Shown here piece after piece: positions 20,871 through 31,385 of a DNA stretch of 64,000 bases. Within the stretch, counting starts at the first letter, position 1; the number at the start of each line of letters is the position of its first letter. Position numbers and translations under genes: made by a program. The notes beneath the pieces were generated by a model that saw only the letters and a list, made by a program, of their open reading frames with translations, did not search any database and was not told where the DNA came from. Where the stretch lies: assembly GCA_025056305.1 (NCBI GenBank), contig JANWWJ010000031.1, forward strand, positions 66,861-130,860, given 5' to 3'. This stretch comes from Chitinophagales bacterium (GTDB taxonomy: Bacteria > Bacteroidota > Bacteroidia > Chitinophagales > UBA10324).

Positions 20871-21191
20871 TTAAATACGCAGAGCCCTGAGTTGGCCTAC
20901 GTCAACCGTCCGCAGGTTTCGGTAAATCAACGTAATGATGGCCAAACCTACTGCCACTTCGGCGGCAGCCACAGCCATTACGAAGAAAACAAAAATCTGG
21001 CCGGCCGGGTCGTTGTGATAAGCCGAAAAAGCCACCAATAGCAAATTAACACTGTTGAGCATCAACTCTACACTCATGAAGATCACAATGGCATTGCGCC
21101 GGAACAACACCCCGAAAACGCCGATACTGAACAACACCACACTAAGCAGAATAAAATGATGTAGAGGGACTTGCTGAAATATTTGCGCCAT
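20871..21191 (-). CDS. nuoK: NADH-quinone oxidoreductase subunit K
   Basis: 106-aa, 3-TM protein, with AAAEVAVGLAI and position after nuoJ. Confidence 0.9.
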   Translation of the reverse strand: MAQIFQQVPLHHFILLSVVLFSIGVFGVLFRRNAIVIFMSVELMLNSVNLLLVAFSAYHNDPAGQIFVFFVMAVAAAEVAVGLAIITLIYRNLRTVDVGQLRALRI

Positions 21192-21193
21192 GA

Positions 21194-21739
21194 TTATGTA
21201 TTGCTTGTATGATGTTTGACGGCTTCAGCTTGAGCCAATGCCACATCTTTCCGCCCCAACACAACGGCACCGATGATGGCAACCAAAAAAAGTATGGAGG
21301 CAACCTCAAAGGGTAAAATGTATTGGGTGAAAAGCACTTGACCCAAAGCGCGCGCAGTGCCGATGGGCACGGCTTGTTGTAAATCCGATGTTTGCGCTGG
21401 CAAAAAATGTGTCGCTGTCGAGGTCAGCGTCAGCAGAAAAAGACCGGCAATCGCTGCTATACCGACCAAATGCATGCGCGAGGGCCGAGGTTCTCCCGTT
21501 TCATTCAGGTTCATCAACATGATTACATATAGAAAAAGCACCATAATTGCTCCAGCGTACACAATGATGTTGACCACGCCGACAAAGGATGCATCCAACA
21601 GCAACAGGTATATAGCAGAAATTCCAAAGAAGACCAGTACCAAAAACAAAACACTATGTACCGGATTACGCGCCAATATAACCATGAGCGCAAGTGCTAT
21701 GGTAGCTGCAGCTAAGGTGTAAAAGGTTAATGCCAGCAC
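21194..21739 (-). CDS. nuoJ: NADH-quinone oxidoreductase subunit J
   Basis: 181-aa polytopic membrane protein between nuoI and nuoK, with the typical VYAGAIMVLFLYVIM segment. Confidence 0.88.
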   Translation of the reverse strand: MLALTFYTLAAATIALALMVILARNPVHSVLFLVLVFFGISAIYLLLLDASFVGVVNIIVYAGAIMVLFLYVIMLMNLNETGEPRPSRMHLVGIAAIAGLFLLTLTSTATHFLPAQTSDLQQAVPIGTARALGQVLFTQYILPFEVASILFLVAIIGAVVLGRKDVALAQAEAVKHHTSNT

Positions 21740-21763
21740 AGCAGAAGTTTTGGACAGCAGCTT

Positions 21764-22297
21764 TTATGAAGTGAGGGGAGGTATGATTTCTTCACGCTTG
21801 CTCCCTTCCAGCAATCTGTCTTTGCCGTAAATAAAGTCGTTGCGGTCAAAGCCGGCCGGGGCAAAAGTGGGCTCCAAAAAGATAGCTTCCTTGGGGCAGG
21901 CTTCTTCACACAAGCCACAGAAGATGCACCGCAACATGTTGATCTCATATTTGATGGCGTATTTCTCTTCGCGGTACAGATGTTCTTCCCCTGGCTTTCG
22001 CTCGCCCGCCTCCATGGTAATGGCTTCTGCAGGGCAAGCTACAGCACATAAGCCACAGGCCGTGCAACGTTCGGCGCCATTTTCGTCGCGCTTCAATACA
22101 TGCAAACCTCTGTAACTTATCGGCACGGGTCGCTTTTGCTCTGGGAATTGAACGGTAGCCTTGCGGCGAAACAGGTGCTTAATGGTTACCGATAAGCCCC
22201 CTACGATTGCAGGCAAATACATTTTTTCTGCCCAGCTTAGTCGTGGCCGGTCCAGCACCTTTGCGCGACCCGTTAACAAATAACCTTGACCTTCCAT
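21764..22297 (-). CDS. nuoI: NADH-quinone oxidoreductase subunit I (2x[4Fe-4S])
   Basis: Two ferredoxin motifs: CTACGLCAVACP and CIFCGLCEEACP. The ATG is at 22297; the track begins at GTG 22303. Confidence 0.93.
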   Translation of the reverse strand: MEGQGYLLTGRAKVLDRPRLSWAEKMYLPAIVGGLSVTIKHLFRRKATVQFPEQKRPVPISYRGLHVLKRDENGAERCTACGLCAVACPAEAITMEAGERKPGEEHLYREEKYAIKYEINMLRCIFCGLCEEACPKEAIFLEPTFAPAGFDRNDFIYGKDRLLEGSKREEIIPPLTS

Positions 22298-22311
22298 GTA
22301 CACGTTTTAGA

Positions 22312-23334
22312 TTAAGGAACCAGCTTGAGAATTACTGCAGTGATAAAAATATTGAGCAGCGACAACGGCAGCAAACCTTTCCAACCCAACTTCATGAGCT
22401 GATCGTATCGGAAACGAGGCACCGTCCAACGGACCCACATGAAGAAAAAGATAAATAGGGCAATCTTGAGAAAGTAAACCAAAAAGCCAATGAGCGATCC
22501 CAAGATCGGCCCTACCCAAGCCTGTACCGCATCCATTCCCGGATAGTTGTAGCCGCCGAAGTACAAGGCAGCCATGACCGCCGATGAGATGAACATGTTG
22601 ATGTATTCGGCAAACAAGTAAAAGCCCAGCTTCATGCTGCTGTATTCGGTATGAAACCCTCCGATCAGTTCTGTTTCGCATTCGGGAAGGTCAAAAGGAG
22701 TACGGTTCGTTTCAGCAAAAGCGGTAACCAGAAAAATCAAAAAACCCAGAGGCTGATACCAGATGTACCAATTGAAGCCATGTTGTTGTGCGACGATTTC
22801 GCGCATGCTCAGAGTGCCGGCTACCATAACCAAAGCAATAATAGACAAGCCCATGCTGAGTTCATAGCTGATGACCTGCGAAGAGGCACGCAAAGCACCC
22901 ATTAAAGAAAACTTGTTGTTTGACGCCCATCCCCCGATCATGATGCCGTAAACGCCTATAGACACCACAGCAAAAACATATAAGATTCCAAAATCAGGAT
23001 CGGCCAGTTGCAAGCGGTAGCTGTGTCCCCCAAGATTCAGATCAGGCCCCCATGGGATCACGACGCCGGCCATCAAAGCACAGATCATCGCTACGGCCGG
23101 GCCCAACACGAAAAGAAACCGGTTAGAGCTGACCGGAATCAGTTCTTCTTTCATGATCATCTTGATGCCGTCGGCCAGGGGCTGCAACAGTCCGCCCGGG
23201 CCTGCTCGGTTGGGTCCCAGCCGGTCTTGGAGAAAAGCAGCCACTTTGCGCTCGGCATAGGTGGAATACAAGGCCACCAACATGGTTAGTGCGAAGATGG
23301 CCAGCATTAAAATAATCGTAGGCAACAAGGTCAT
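22312..23334 (-). CDS. nuoH: NADH-quinone oxidoreductase subunit H
   Basis: RKVAAFLQDRLGPNR, TNRTPFDLPECETEL and EYSSMKLGFYLFAEY, classic NuoH/ND1 motifs. Confidence 0.95.
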   Translation of the reverse strand: MTLLPTIILMLAIFALTMLVALYSTYAERKVAAFLQDRLGPNRAGPGGLLQPLADGIKMIMKEELIPVSSNRFLFVLGPAVAMICALMAGVVIPWGPDLNLGGHSYRLQLADPDFGILYVFAVVSIGVYGIMIGGWASNNKFSLMGALRASSQVISYELSMGLSIIALVMVAGTLSMREIVAQQHGFNWYIWYQPLGFLIFLVTAFAETNRTPFDLPECETELIGGFHTEYSSMKLGFYLFAEYINMFISSAVMAALYFGGYNYPGMDAVQAWVGPILGSLIGFLVYFLKIALFIFFFMWVRWTVPRFRYDQLMKLGWKGLLPLSLLNIFITAVILKLVP

Positions 23335-23357
23335 GGCCTAGTTAAGAGCTTTTCGGA

Positions 23358-24347
23358 TTAGTTGACACCTTCAAACTCGTTCCACCGTTCATTATCCAGT
23401 TTGGAATACAGAGTATGCGGCAGCTCTTTGGTATTTGCATGATACTTATTGGCATTGATTACGCTCCAGGGTTGGAAAGCTCGGGGGCCTTCTACCACCC
23501 AATCGTTAAGGTTGTAGTGTTCCCATCGGCACTCGTTACAGATGAACTCATGTACTTCGCCATATTCATCCTTACGCGCTGTGACGCGATATATTTCTTT
23601 CCCCCGTAACCACAAGACCACTTTTCCGCAACATTTGGCGCAATTACGGTGGGCGTCCATGGGGATAAGAAACCAGACGCGGTTGCGAAACCGAAAGTGC
23701 TTATCGGTAAGGGCGCCTACCGGGCAAACATCAATCATGTTGCCAGAAAATTCATGGTCAATAGCTTTTTGGATGTAGGTAGAAATCTCACTGACTTCGC
23801 CCCGCCATAAAATGCCGTGCACGCGGTCATTGGAAAGCTGGTCGGCAACCAGGGTGCAGCGGTAGCACAGGATGCAGCGGGTCATGTGCAATTGGATGTG
23901 CGGGCCGATATCGATGGGATCAAAAGTGCGGCGCGGAAATTCATATCGTGTTTTCTCTAATCCATGCTCATAGGCAAAGTTCTGCAGGTCGCATTCTCCG
24001 GCCTGATCGCAGATCGGGCAATCCAGCGGATGGTTGATGAGCAACAATTCGACCACTCCGCGCCGGGCCTCCAGCACCTCGGGCGAGGTGATGTTGCGCA
24101 CCACCATGCCGTCTTGAGCTGGCGTACAGCACGAAGCCACCAGCTTGGGCATCGGCCTCGGATCGCGTGCCGATGCTTGCTCCACTTTTACCAGACAGGC
24201 CCGACATTTGCCGCCACTGCCTTTTAATGAGCTGTAGTAACACAGGGCGGGCGGTACAATCTTGCCTCCGATCTTACGGGCGGCATTAAGGATGGTGGTC
24301 CCCTCTTCTACCTGCGTTTCAATATCGTCGATGGTGATTCGGATCAT
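23358..24347 (-). CDS. nuoG: NADH-quinone oxidoreductase subunit G (short form, Fe-S domains only)
   Basis: N-terminal 2Fe-2S fold (CRACLVKV), HPLDCPICDQAGEC, and CILCYRC. At 329 aa it lacks the molybdopterin-like C-terminal domain. ATGA overlap with the nuoF stop. Confidence 0.9.
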   Translation of the reverse strand: MIRITIDDIETQVEEGTTILNAARKIGGKIVPPALCYYSSLKGSGGKCRACLVKVEQASARDPRPMPKLVASCCTPAQDGMVVRNITSPEVLEARRGVVELLLINHPLDCPICDQAGECDLQNFAYEHGLEKTRYEFPRRTFDPIDIGPHIQLHMTRCILCYRCTLVADQLSNDRVHGILWRGEVSEISTYIQKAIDHEFSGNMIDVCPVGALTDKHFRFRNRVWFLIPMDAHRNCAKCCGKVVLWLRGKEIYRVTARKDEYGEVHEFICNECRWEHYNLNDWVVEGPRAFQPWSVINANKYHANTKELPHTLYSKLDNERWNEFEGVN

Positions 24348-25696
24348 GCGATTTCAACAGATGCATTTGCAAAAACAAAGGAGGCGCGTCGCCGGAACAG
24401 GCATTGCTGGGGCTGATGTACATGGGCTTCAAACTCCTGACGGAAATGACGCAGGGCTGAGGCCACCGGCCAAGCAGCAGCATCGCCCAGCGGGCAAATG
24501 GTATTGCCTTCTATTTTCTTTTGTACATCCCAGAGCAAATCAATATCGTGGAGCGTGCCATGGCCTTCTTCAATTTTATGGAGCAAGCGTTCTAACCAAC
24601 CTGTGCCTTCACGGCAGGGGCTGCATTGACCGCAACTTTCGTGGTGGTAGAAGCGGGCAAAATTGTAGGTATTGCGCACGATGCATTGTGCTTCGTCATA
24701 TACGATAAAACCTCCGGAGCCTAACATCGATCCTGTTTCGAAGCCGCCGTCAGCCATCGATTCATAACTCAATAAGCGCGGCTGTCCTGATGCGGTTTTC
24801 AACGCCAGATGCGCCGGTAAAATCGGTACACTGGAACCTCCCGGCACAATGGCCTTTAGTCCATATTCCCCTTCCATTCCCCCACACCACTCATCGGAAT
24901 ACAAAAACTCTTCTACTGAAAGGCCCAACTCCACTTCATACACGCCAGGCTTTTTGATGTTGCCGCAAGCCGAGATCAGTTTCGTACCCGTGCTTTTACC
25001 TATACCAATAGAAGCATAAGCATCGCCTCCATTCAGAACGATCCAGGGCACTGCAGCCAAAGTTTCAACGTTATTGACCACAGTAGGCATACCATACAAG
25101 CCCACTACGGCCGGAAACGGAGGTTTAACGCGCGGCAGACCGCGCTTGCCTTCCAATGATTCGAGCAAAGCCGTTTCTTCCCCACAGATGTAAGCCCCTG
25201 CACCTGGATGTACCACGATGTCTAAATCAAAGCCGCTGCCCAAAATATTTTTGCCCAACCAACCGGCAGTGCGCGCTTCTTCAATAGCCCGTTCCAAAAT
25301 TTTGATAATCCATTTGAATTCTCCCCGAACATAAATAAAGGCACGGTTTGCTTCTAAGGCATAGCTACTGACAATCAGGCCTTCAATCAGCAGATGAGGC
25401 AGTTTTTCCATCAAGTAGCGGTCTTTGAAAGTGCCTGGTTCGCTTTCATCGGCATTACAAACCAGGTAGCGGGGCCGCCCTGATTTCTTGTCTAAAAAGG
25501 ACCATTTTAATCCCGTAGGAAAGCCGGCTCCCCCCCTTCCACGCAAGCCGCTCTTCTTGACTTCTTCCACCACTTCCTGTGGCGACATGCTTTTCAACGC
25601 CTTTTCAACGGAGGTATAGCCCCCCTCTCGCCGATAGATGTCATACCGGTCTATTTCTTCGATATGAGCCTTCTCTAAAAGCAATAAGCGTCGCAT
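24344..25696 (-). CDS. nuoF: NADH-quinone oxidoreductase subunit F
   Basis: GLRGRGGAGFPTG, CNADESEPGTFKDR and ESCGQCSPCREG motifs. The ATG at 25696 lies 9 nt after the nuoE stop. The track's longer N-terminus overlaps nuoE and is rejected. Confidence 0.95.
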   Translation of the reverse strand: MRRLLLLEKAHIEEIDRYDIYRREGGYTSVEKALKSMSPQEVVEEVKKSGLRGRGGAGFPTGLKWSFLDKKSGRPRYLVCNADESEPGTFKDRYLMEKLPHLLIEGLIVSSYALEANRAFIYVRGEFKWIIKILERAIEEARTAGWLGKNILGSGFDLDIVVHPGAGAYICGEETALLESLEGKRGLPRVKPPFPAVVGLYGMPTVVNNVETLAAVPWIVLNGGDAYASIGIGKSTGTKLISACGNIKKPGVYEVELGLSVEEFLYSDEWCGGMEGEYGLKAIVPGGSSVPILPAHLALKTASGQPRLLSYESMADGGFETGSMLGSGGFIVYDEAQCIVRNTYNFARFYHHESCGQCSPCREGTGWLERLLHKIEEGHGTLHDIDLLWDVQKKIEGNTICPLGDAAAWPVASALRHFRQEFEAHVHQPQQCLFRRRASFVFANASVEIA

Positions 25697-25704
25697 AACA
25701 GCCT

Positions 25705-26226
25705 TCAGGTTATGGCGTTTTGTCTGAGCTGTTCCAACAATGCATCTACTTTTTCTTCCGTGTCTAAAAATTCGTAGTACCGCTCTCCGCATTGCAACAT
25801 GGGAGCATAACCGCAGGCGGCTAAACACTCCACTCTGCGAAGCGTAAAGAGGCCGTCAGCGGTGGTTTCCCCTTCCTGAATACCTAATTTTTTCTTTAAT
25901 GTTTGGATTAACCACTCAGCGCCTTTGATTTCACATGGACCAGTATGACATACTTCCAACACGTAACGCCCTACTGGTTTTAGATGAAACATGCTGTAGA
26001 AAGTGGCTACTTCATATACTTCTATGGGCTTCAAATGCAACAACTCGGCTATGTAATCCATAGCCTCGACCGAGAGGTAGCCGCCAAACTGTTCCTGAGC
26101 CAGGTGTAAGAGAGGAATGAGTGCTGACTTTTGCTGCCCTTCCGGATACCGACGAATAATTTGTTGCGCCTGCTCTAAAACTTCAGGGCTGAATTCAACT
26201 TTTTTACCCCTGCGAACGGCCAGCAT
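25705..26226 (-). CDS. nuoE: NADH-quinone oxidoreductase subunit E
   Basis: Thioredoxin-like 2Fe-2S subunit with C.T.PC ... VECLAACG motifs. Confidence 0.93.
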   Translation of the reverse strand: MLAVRRGKKVEFSPEVLEQAQQIIRRYPEGQQKSALIPLLHLAQEQFGGYLSVEAMDYIAELLHLKPIEVYEVATFYSMFHLKPVGRYVLEVCHTGPCEIKGAEWLIQTLKKKLGIQEGETTADGLFTLRRVECLAACGYAPMLQCGERYYEFLDTEEKVDALLEQLRQNAIT

Positions 26227-26359
26227 GCCTGCTTATTGCTGCGGCGAAAATAAGAAAAGAACCTCCAGCAGCTTGCTGGATCAAACAGACAAGTTCATCT
26301 TTCATGCAATTCGTTCATGAGCACACAGCTTGTCGGTGCTTGTTTGTATAACAGGTGGT

Positions 26360-27583
26360 TCAAGCATCCAGTTCGCCCGCAATCACGTTCAAACTGCTCA
26401 GCGTGATGATGGCGTCGGAAACTAACTGCCCTTGAACCATTTCGGGAAATGCCTGATAATAAATGAAGCAGGGTCGGCGGAAATGCAAGCGGTAGGGCGT
26501 GCGACCGCCTTCGCTGATCAGGTAAAAACCGAGCTCTCCATTGGCGCCTTCCACAGCCTGGTAAATCTCCCCCTTAGGCACGGGAATCTCTCCCATGACA
26601 ATTTTGAAATGATAGATGAGGGCCTCCATGCTGGTGTATACCTCTTCTTTGGGCGGCAAGTAATAGTGAGGCGTGTCGGCATGGAAGCTGGTTTTATCGG
26701 GTAATTGCTCCAGCTTTTGGACAGCTTGCTTGATGATGGAAAGCGACTGCCACATTTCTTCATTGCGTACGATGAACCGGTCGTAGGTGTCGCCGTGGCG
26801 CCCCACCGGGATCTGAAAGTCAAAATCCTCGTAAGAGCTATAAGGATTGAAGACACGAACATCGTAATCGACGCCACAAGCGCGCAGGTTGGGCCCGGTG
26901 AAACCATAATTCAGCGCGCGCTCAGCCGAAATGGCTCCTACCCCTACGGTCCGGTCCAGAAATATGCGGTTGCGGGTGAACAGCTTTTCAAAGTCGCGTA
27001 GAGTGCGGGGAAATTCTTTTAAAAATTCGTCCAGCTTGCGCCATGCAATATCGTTAAAGTCACGTTCCAGGCCCCCGATGCGGCCGATGTTAGTGGTCAG
27101 GCGCGATCCACATATCTCTTCCCATATCTCATATATCTTTTCTCTAAACTGAAACAGATACAAATAGCCCGAGTAAGCCCCGGTGTCCACGCCCAAAATA
27201 GAATTGCAGATGATGTGGTCGGCAATTCGGGCCAGCTCCATGATGATGACGCGCAGATAGTCCACCCGCTTTGGAATGCGGATGCCCAGCAGTTTTTCAC
27301 ACGTGATGTGCCAGCCCATGTTGTTGATGGGCGCACTGCAATAATTCAGCCGGTCGGTAAGGGGCGTAATTTGATAATAGGGCCGGTGTTCGGCAATTTT
27401 TTCAAATGCCCGATGAATGTAGCCAATGGTGGCTTCCCCCTTGATGATGCGTTCGCCATCCACCTCCACAATGTTTTGAAACACGCCGTGCGTGGCAGGA
27501 TGGGTTGGCCCAATATTTAACGTGATGGTCTCTTTTTCAAGGGAACCCTCTTCCAGGCGTATATGTTGGCTGCCGGTAAGCAT
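26360..27583 (-). CDS. nuoD: NADH-quinone oxidoreductase subunit D
   Basis: LNIGPTHPATHGV, RIADHI, and C-terminal ITLSSLNVIAGELDA (equivalent to the usual D.V.GE.DR). Confidence 0.95.
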   Translation of the reverse strand: MLTGSQHIRLEEGSLEKETITLNIGPTHPATHGVFQNIVEVDGERIIKGEATIGYIHRAFEKIAEHRPYYQITPLTDRLNYCSAPINNMGWHITCEKLLGIRIPKRVDYLRVIIMELARIADHIICNSILGVDTGAYSGYLYLFQFREKIYEIWEEICGSRLTTNIGRIGGLERDFNDIAWRKLDEFLKEFPRTLRDFEKLFTRNRIFLDRTVGVGAISAERALNYGFTGPNLRACGVDYDVRVFNPYSSYEDFDFQIPVGRHGDTYDRFIVRNEEMWQSLSIIKQAVQKLEQLPDKTSFHADTPHYYLPPKEEVYTSMEALIYHFKIVMGEIPVPKGEIYQAVEGANGELGFYLISEGGRTPYRLHFRRPCFIYYQAFPEMVQGQLVSDAIITLSSLNVIAGELDA

Positions 27584-27590
27584 GGTTGCA

Positions 27591-28115
27591 TTAAAGGTCT
27601 GCTCGGATCAATGCAGGATCACGTCCAAACATTTCGTCGTTTTTGTCTTTGCGCGTGTTGTCTTCCAATGGATATTCCTTGCGCATTGGGAAAATGGTCA
27701 TTTCATCAACGTTCAAGATACGTTTCAAATTAGGATGTCCTTCGAAAATAATCCCGTAAAAGTCGTACGTTTCCCGCTCCATCCAGTTTGCGGCCGACCA
27801 CAAAGGAGTAAGCGATGGGCAACGGGGCGGATCGCCGGCCAAGGGAGTCTTTATACGCAATCGCAAGTTGCTGCGCAAATTATGCAAATGATAGACCACC
27901 TCGAATTTCTTTTCGCGGTCAGGCCAATGCACACCACACAGGTCGGTCAGAAAGGTAAATTGAAGGGCTTCATCTTCTTTCAGCAAACGCATGGCTTCCA
28001 TCAGTACGCTGACATCCAGCGTTACGCTCATCATGCCGTACTGTACTCGTGCGTCAAGAACCTTGTCTCCAAAACGCTCTGTGAGCCGTTGCAAAACTTT
28101 TTCGTTAGTGAGCAT
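27591..28115 (-). CDS. nuoC: NADH-quinone oxidoreductase subunit C
   Basis: 30-kDa subunit motif ANWMERETYDFYGIIFEGHP. The ATG is at 28115; the track starts at TTG 28121. Confidence 0.92.
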   Translation of the reverse strand: MLTNEKVLQRLTERFGDKVLDARVQYGMMSVTLDVSVLMEAMRLLKEDEALQFTFLTDLCGVHWPDREKKFEVVYHLHNLRSNLRLRIKTPLAGDPPRCPSLTPLWSAANWMERETYDFYGIIFEGHPNLKRILNVDEMTIFPMRKEYPLEDNTRKDKNDEMFGRDPALIRADL

Positions 28116-28138
28116 GGCCAACGATCAGCCGTGTTTGT

Positions 28139-28720
28139 TCAATTGGCTTCAACGGTCTGAATTCCGTAACGTTGCAGCAAGGCTTTGTACTGAGGAGAGT
28201 AACGACGTCGAAGAGGCTCGTTTTGTACCAACTCCTGAATTTTAAGGATGCCGTCAATGATTTGTTCTGGTCGAGGTGGACATCCCGGCACATATACATC
28301 AACCGGAATAATCTGGTCAATGCCTTGCAAAACAGAGTAGGTATCAAAGATGCCCCCGCTGCTGGCACAGGCGCCTACTGCCATCACCCACTTGGGTTCG
28401 GCCATCTGTTCATAAACCTGCTTTAGGATGGGCCCCATCTTTTTGGCAATCGTACCCATGACCATCAGCAGATCAGCCTGACGCGGGCTGAAACTAAGTC
28501 GCTCGCTGCCGAAGCGGGCCAAGTCATAGTGCGACGCCATCGTGGCCATAAATTCAATGCCACAGCACGAGGTCGCAAAAGGCAAAGGCCATATCGAGTT
28601 TTTTCTGGCCAACCCTACAACTTTATCTAAAGTGGTCAAAAAAAATCCCTCTCCCTGATAACCAGGTGGAGGGTCAACAATCTTGATGCTTCTCTTACCG
28701 CTTTGCTGCTCTTTACTCAT
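28139..28720 (-). CDS. nuoB: NADH-quinone oxidoreductase subunit B
   Basis: SCCGIEF, GACASSGG and VPGCPPRPE cysteine motifs of the N2 cluster subunit. Confidence 0.95.
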   Translation of the reverse strand: MSKEQQSGKRSIKIVDPPPGYQGEGFFLTTLDKVVGLARKNSIWPLPFATSCCGIEFMATMASHYDLARFGSERLSFSPRQADLLMVMGTIAKKMGPILKQVYEQMAEPKWVMAVGACASSGGIFDTYSVLQGIDQIIPVDVYVPGCPPRPEQIIDGILKIQELVQNEPLRRRYSPQYKALLQRYGIQTVEAN

Positions 28721-28783
28721 GTCTGCTGGTTGTCAATGAGGAATTGCCTGCACTGGCTATGGGTAAAAGTACGACACGAACGC

Positions 28784-29146
28784 TTACTCCCATTCTAAGG
28801 CCTGTTTGCGCAAAATGTACCAAAAGCCAACGAGCAGCAAGGCTATAAAAAGACCCATGCTGATTAAGCCAACTGTTCCTAATTCACGAAAGTTGATGGC
28901 CCAGGGATAAAAGAAAATGATTTCCACGTCAAAGAGCACGAACAGGATTGCAGTAAGGAAGTAGTGTACGGCAAAGGGCTGACGGGCGTCGCCTATGGAC
29001 TTGATGCCGCACTCAAAAGATTTGAGCTTCTTTTTGGTGAGGACCCGGGGGCCGAGCACATGGGTCAAGAAAAGTGTAATGGCAACGAAAGTTATTGCTA
29101 GTAACAGTTGCAACAGAATGGGCAAATAGGTCGAAAAGGTATCCAT
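28784..29146 (-). CDS. nuoA: NADH-quinone oxidoreductase subunit A
   Basis: The ATG at 29146 ([12 protein letters not shown]) gives a roughly 120-aa, 3-TM protein with the FECG and [12 protein letters not shown] motifs. The track's longer N-terminus is rejected. Confidence 0.9.
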   Translation of the reverse strand: MDTFSTYLPILLQLLLAITFVAITLFLTHVLGPRVLTKKKLKSFECGIKSIGDARQPFAVHYFLTAILFVLFDVEIIFFYPWAINFRELGTVGLISMGLFIALLLVGFWYILRKQALEWE

Positions 29147-29290
29147 CTCACGCGAGGTGCAGCAAAGATGCAATGCTTCTTTCGGCACACCAAAGTGCAC
29201 CCGGCCCCTTTTAGGGCTGTTTTTTTGATCCATCGAAATTTAGCATCATCTTTCGCAGATCTATTTGAGAATCCGATTCACCACCCCATT

Positions 29291-30817
29291 ATGGCGACAG
29301 CACAAAAACAAAATCTTACCGATAAGTTGTTGCGCTTTATAGAGCGTGTGGGCAATAAGTTGCCACATCCGGCAACTCTGTTTGCCCTGCTGGCTGTGCT
29401 TACGCTTTTCATGAGCTGGTGGGTAAGCGCTTTAGGCATCACGGTGCAGCATCCCGGCACCGGTGAGGTGATAAAACCGGTAAACCTGCTCAACCGCGAG
29501 GGATTGCACCGCATCATCACCATGTTGGTAAAAAATTTTACTGACTTTGCCCCGCTGGGTACTGTTTTGGTTGCCCTTCTGGGCATTGGCATTGCTGAAG
29601 GAAGCGGATTAATCGGCACAGCCCTGCGCGTGTTGGTATTAAAAGCGCCACCTCGGCTACTCACCTTCGTGGTGGTATTTGCCGGCGTCATTTCCAACAC
29701 AGCATCCGAAGTGGGCTATGTTTTATTGGTTCCTTTAGGTGCCATGATTTTTTTAGCCGTTGGCCGGCATCCCGTAGCAGGGTTGGCAGCATCCTTTGCC
29801 GGGGTTTCTGGTGGCTATAGCGCCAACCTCTTGCTGGGCACCATCGATCCACTGCTGGCGGGCATCTCTGAAGAAGCTGCGCGCATCGTGGACCCCAATT
29901 ATTCCGTCAATGCAGCCTGTAATTACTACTTCATGTTTGCCTCCACGTTCGTTATTGCCGGCGTTGGTACATGGGTTACCGAACGAATTGTGGAGCCCCG
30001 TTTGGGTGTTTATCAAGGAGCAGAGCGCGCCGTAGAGCTCAAACCTCTGGTGGCGGCTGAGCGGCGCGGCCTGGTGTGGGCTGCTGTGGCTGCCATTGCC
30101 CTTACAGCTATCATCCTTTGGGGCTTGATCCCTGAAGAAGGTTTCTTACGCGATCCGCAAACCGGCAGCGTTTTGAAATCGCCGTTCATGAAAGGAATTG
30201 TTGCCTTCATTTTTTTAACGGCCGCCGTCTGTGGCATTGCCTATGGCATCGGTGCTGGCGCCTATAAAAATGATGCCGATGTGATAAAAGGCATGGCAAA
30301 AGCCATGGAAACTTTAGGAGCGTATATCGTATTAGTATTTTTTGCCTCTCAGTTCGTCGCCTATTTCAACTGGACCAATATAGGCTTGATCACTGCGGTA
30401 AAAGGAGCTGCCTGGCTCAAAGCAAGTGGCATGGGTCCCATTCCTCTTATGCTCGCTTTCATCCTGGTTTCAGCTACCATCAACCTGTTCATGGGCAGCG
30501 CTTCGGCTAAATGGGCCATTATGGCCCCTGTGTTTATTCCCATGTTCATGTTGCTGGGCTTTTCCCCTGAAATGGTGCAAGCGGCCTATCGCATCGGCGA
30601 CAGTTCTACCAACATTATCTCGCCTATGATGTCTTATTTCGCATTGATAATTGCTTTCGTACAACGCTACGACAAACAGGCCGGCCTGGGTACCCTTATC
30701 GCAACCATGCTTCCTTATTCGGTGTTGTTTCTCATGGCTTGGTCGCTCTTGTTTGTGCTGTGGCTCGTCTTTGATCTTCCTTTTGGTCCGGGAGCCCCTA
30801 CCTTTATCGGCACCTGA
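29291..30817 (+). CDS. AbgT-family (p-aminobenzoyl-glutamate type) transporter
   Basis: Starts at ATG 29291 ([31 protein letters not shown], the characteristic AbgT N-terminus), followed by many TM helices. It is divergent from nuoA. Confidence 0.85.
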   Translation: MATAQKQNLTDKLLRFIERVGNKLPHPATLFALLAVLTLFMSWWVSALGITVQHPGTGEVIKPVNLLNREGLHRIITMLVKNFTDFAPLGTVLVALLGIGIAEGSGLIGTALRVLVLKAPPRLLTFVVVFAGVISNTASEVGYVLLVPLGAMIFLAVGRHPVAGLAASFAGVSGGYSANLLLGTIDPLLAGISEEAARIVDPNYSVNAACNYYFMFASTFVIAGVGTWVTERIVEPRLGVYQGAERAVELKPLVAAERRGLVWAAVAAIALTAIILWGLIPEEGFLRDPQTGSVLKSPFMKGIVAFIFLTAAVCGIAYGIGAGAYKNDADVIKGMAKAMETLGAYIVLVFFASQFVAYFNWTNIGLITAVKGAAWLKASGMGPIPLMLAFILVSATINLFMGSASAKWAIMAPVFIPMFMLLGFSPEMVQAAYRIGDSSTNIISPMMSYFALIIAFVQRYDKQAGLGTLIATMLPYSVLFLMAWSLLFVLWLVFDLPFGPGAPTFIGT

Positions 30818-30962
30818 AGATCTGCCTGCACATTTATTCGCAGGTGGCTTATGAATTTTCGAGAGTTTAAAATTCATGTAGGAAGTCCTATAGCTCTTTA
30901 AAAAATTTTATTTGCGCAATCCAACGCAGCAAACTTTTCGTATATGTTTTTGAGTGTTTAAA

Positions 30963-31355
30963 ATGAGAAAAGCTTTTTGGATTAGCGCGGCCGTGCTGGT
31001 GGCTTTGTTTGCTGCAGCATTGAAGCTTGCCCACTACATCAGGCCTTTGGGTAATCCGCCTCAACCCTACGTACGTTTTTGCCGCATCGCCGTTGAGGGA
31101 TTAAATGCCTCATCCGCATCTGTAATTCAAAAGACCATGAAACAACTGCCAGGCATTCGAGCCATAAACCTCAACGCAGAGCAAGGCACTGTGGCTATCG
31201 CTTTTGAAGATGCCAAAGTGTCTGAAAAAGATTTCTTGCATTTGCTCAGTGCGTCAGGATTTTCGGGTGCCTTGATCGAAGCTGGGCCGGGCGAATGTCC
31301 TGTTCCCCACGGCTGGCTGCATGAGTACCGAAGCTGGTTCGACTTCCTGCATTAA
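30963..31355 (+). CDS. Membrane-anchored protein with HMA-like (ferredoxin-fold) domain lacking the CxxC metal site
   Basis: N-terminal TM segment (AFWISAAVLVALFAAAL). The following segment, RIAVEGLNASSASVIQKTMKQLPGIRAINLNAEQGTVAIAFED, aligns by eye with the heavy-metal-associated fold, but GMTCxxC is replaced by GLNASSAS. The ATG is at 30963; the track start is GTG 30954. Confidence 0.5.
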   Translation: MRKAFWISAAVLVALFAAALKLAHYIRPLGNPPQPYVRFCRIAVEGLNASSASVIQKTMKQLPGIRAINLNAEQGTVAIAFEDAKVSEKDFLHLLSASGFSGALIEAGPGECPVPHGWLHEYRSWFDFLH

Positions 31356-31385
31356 TACATAAACAATCTTAAAACCTCACAAAAC

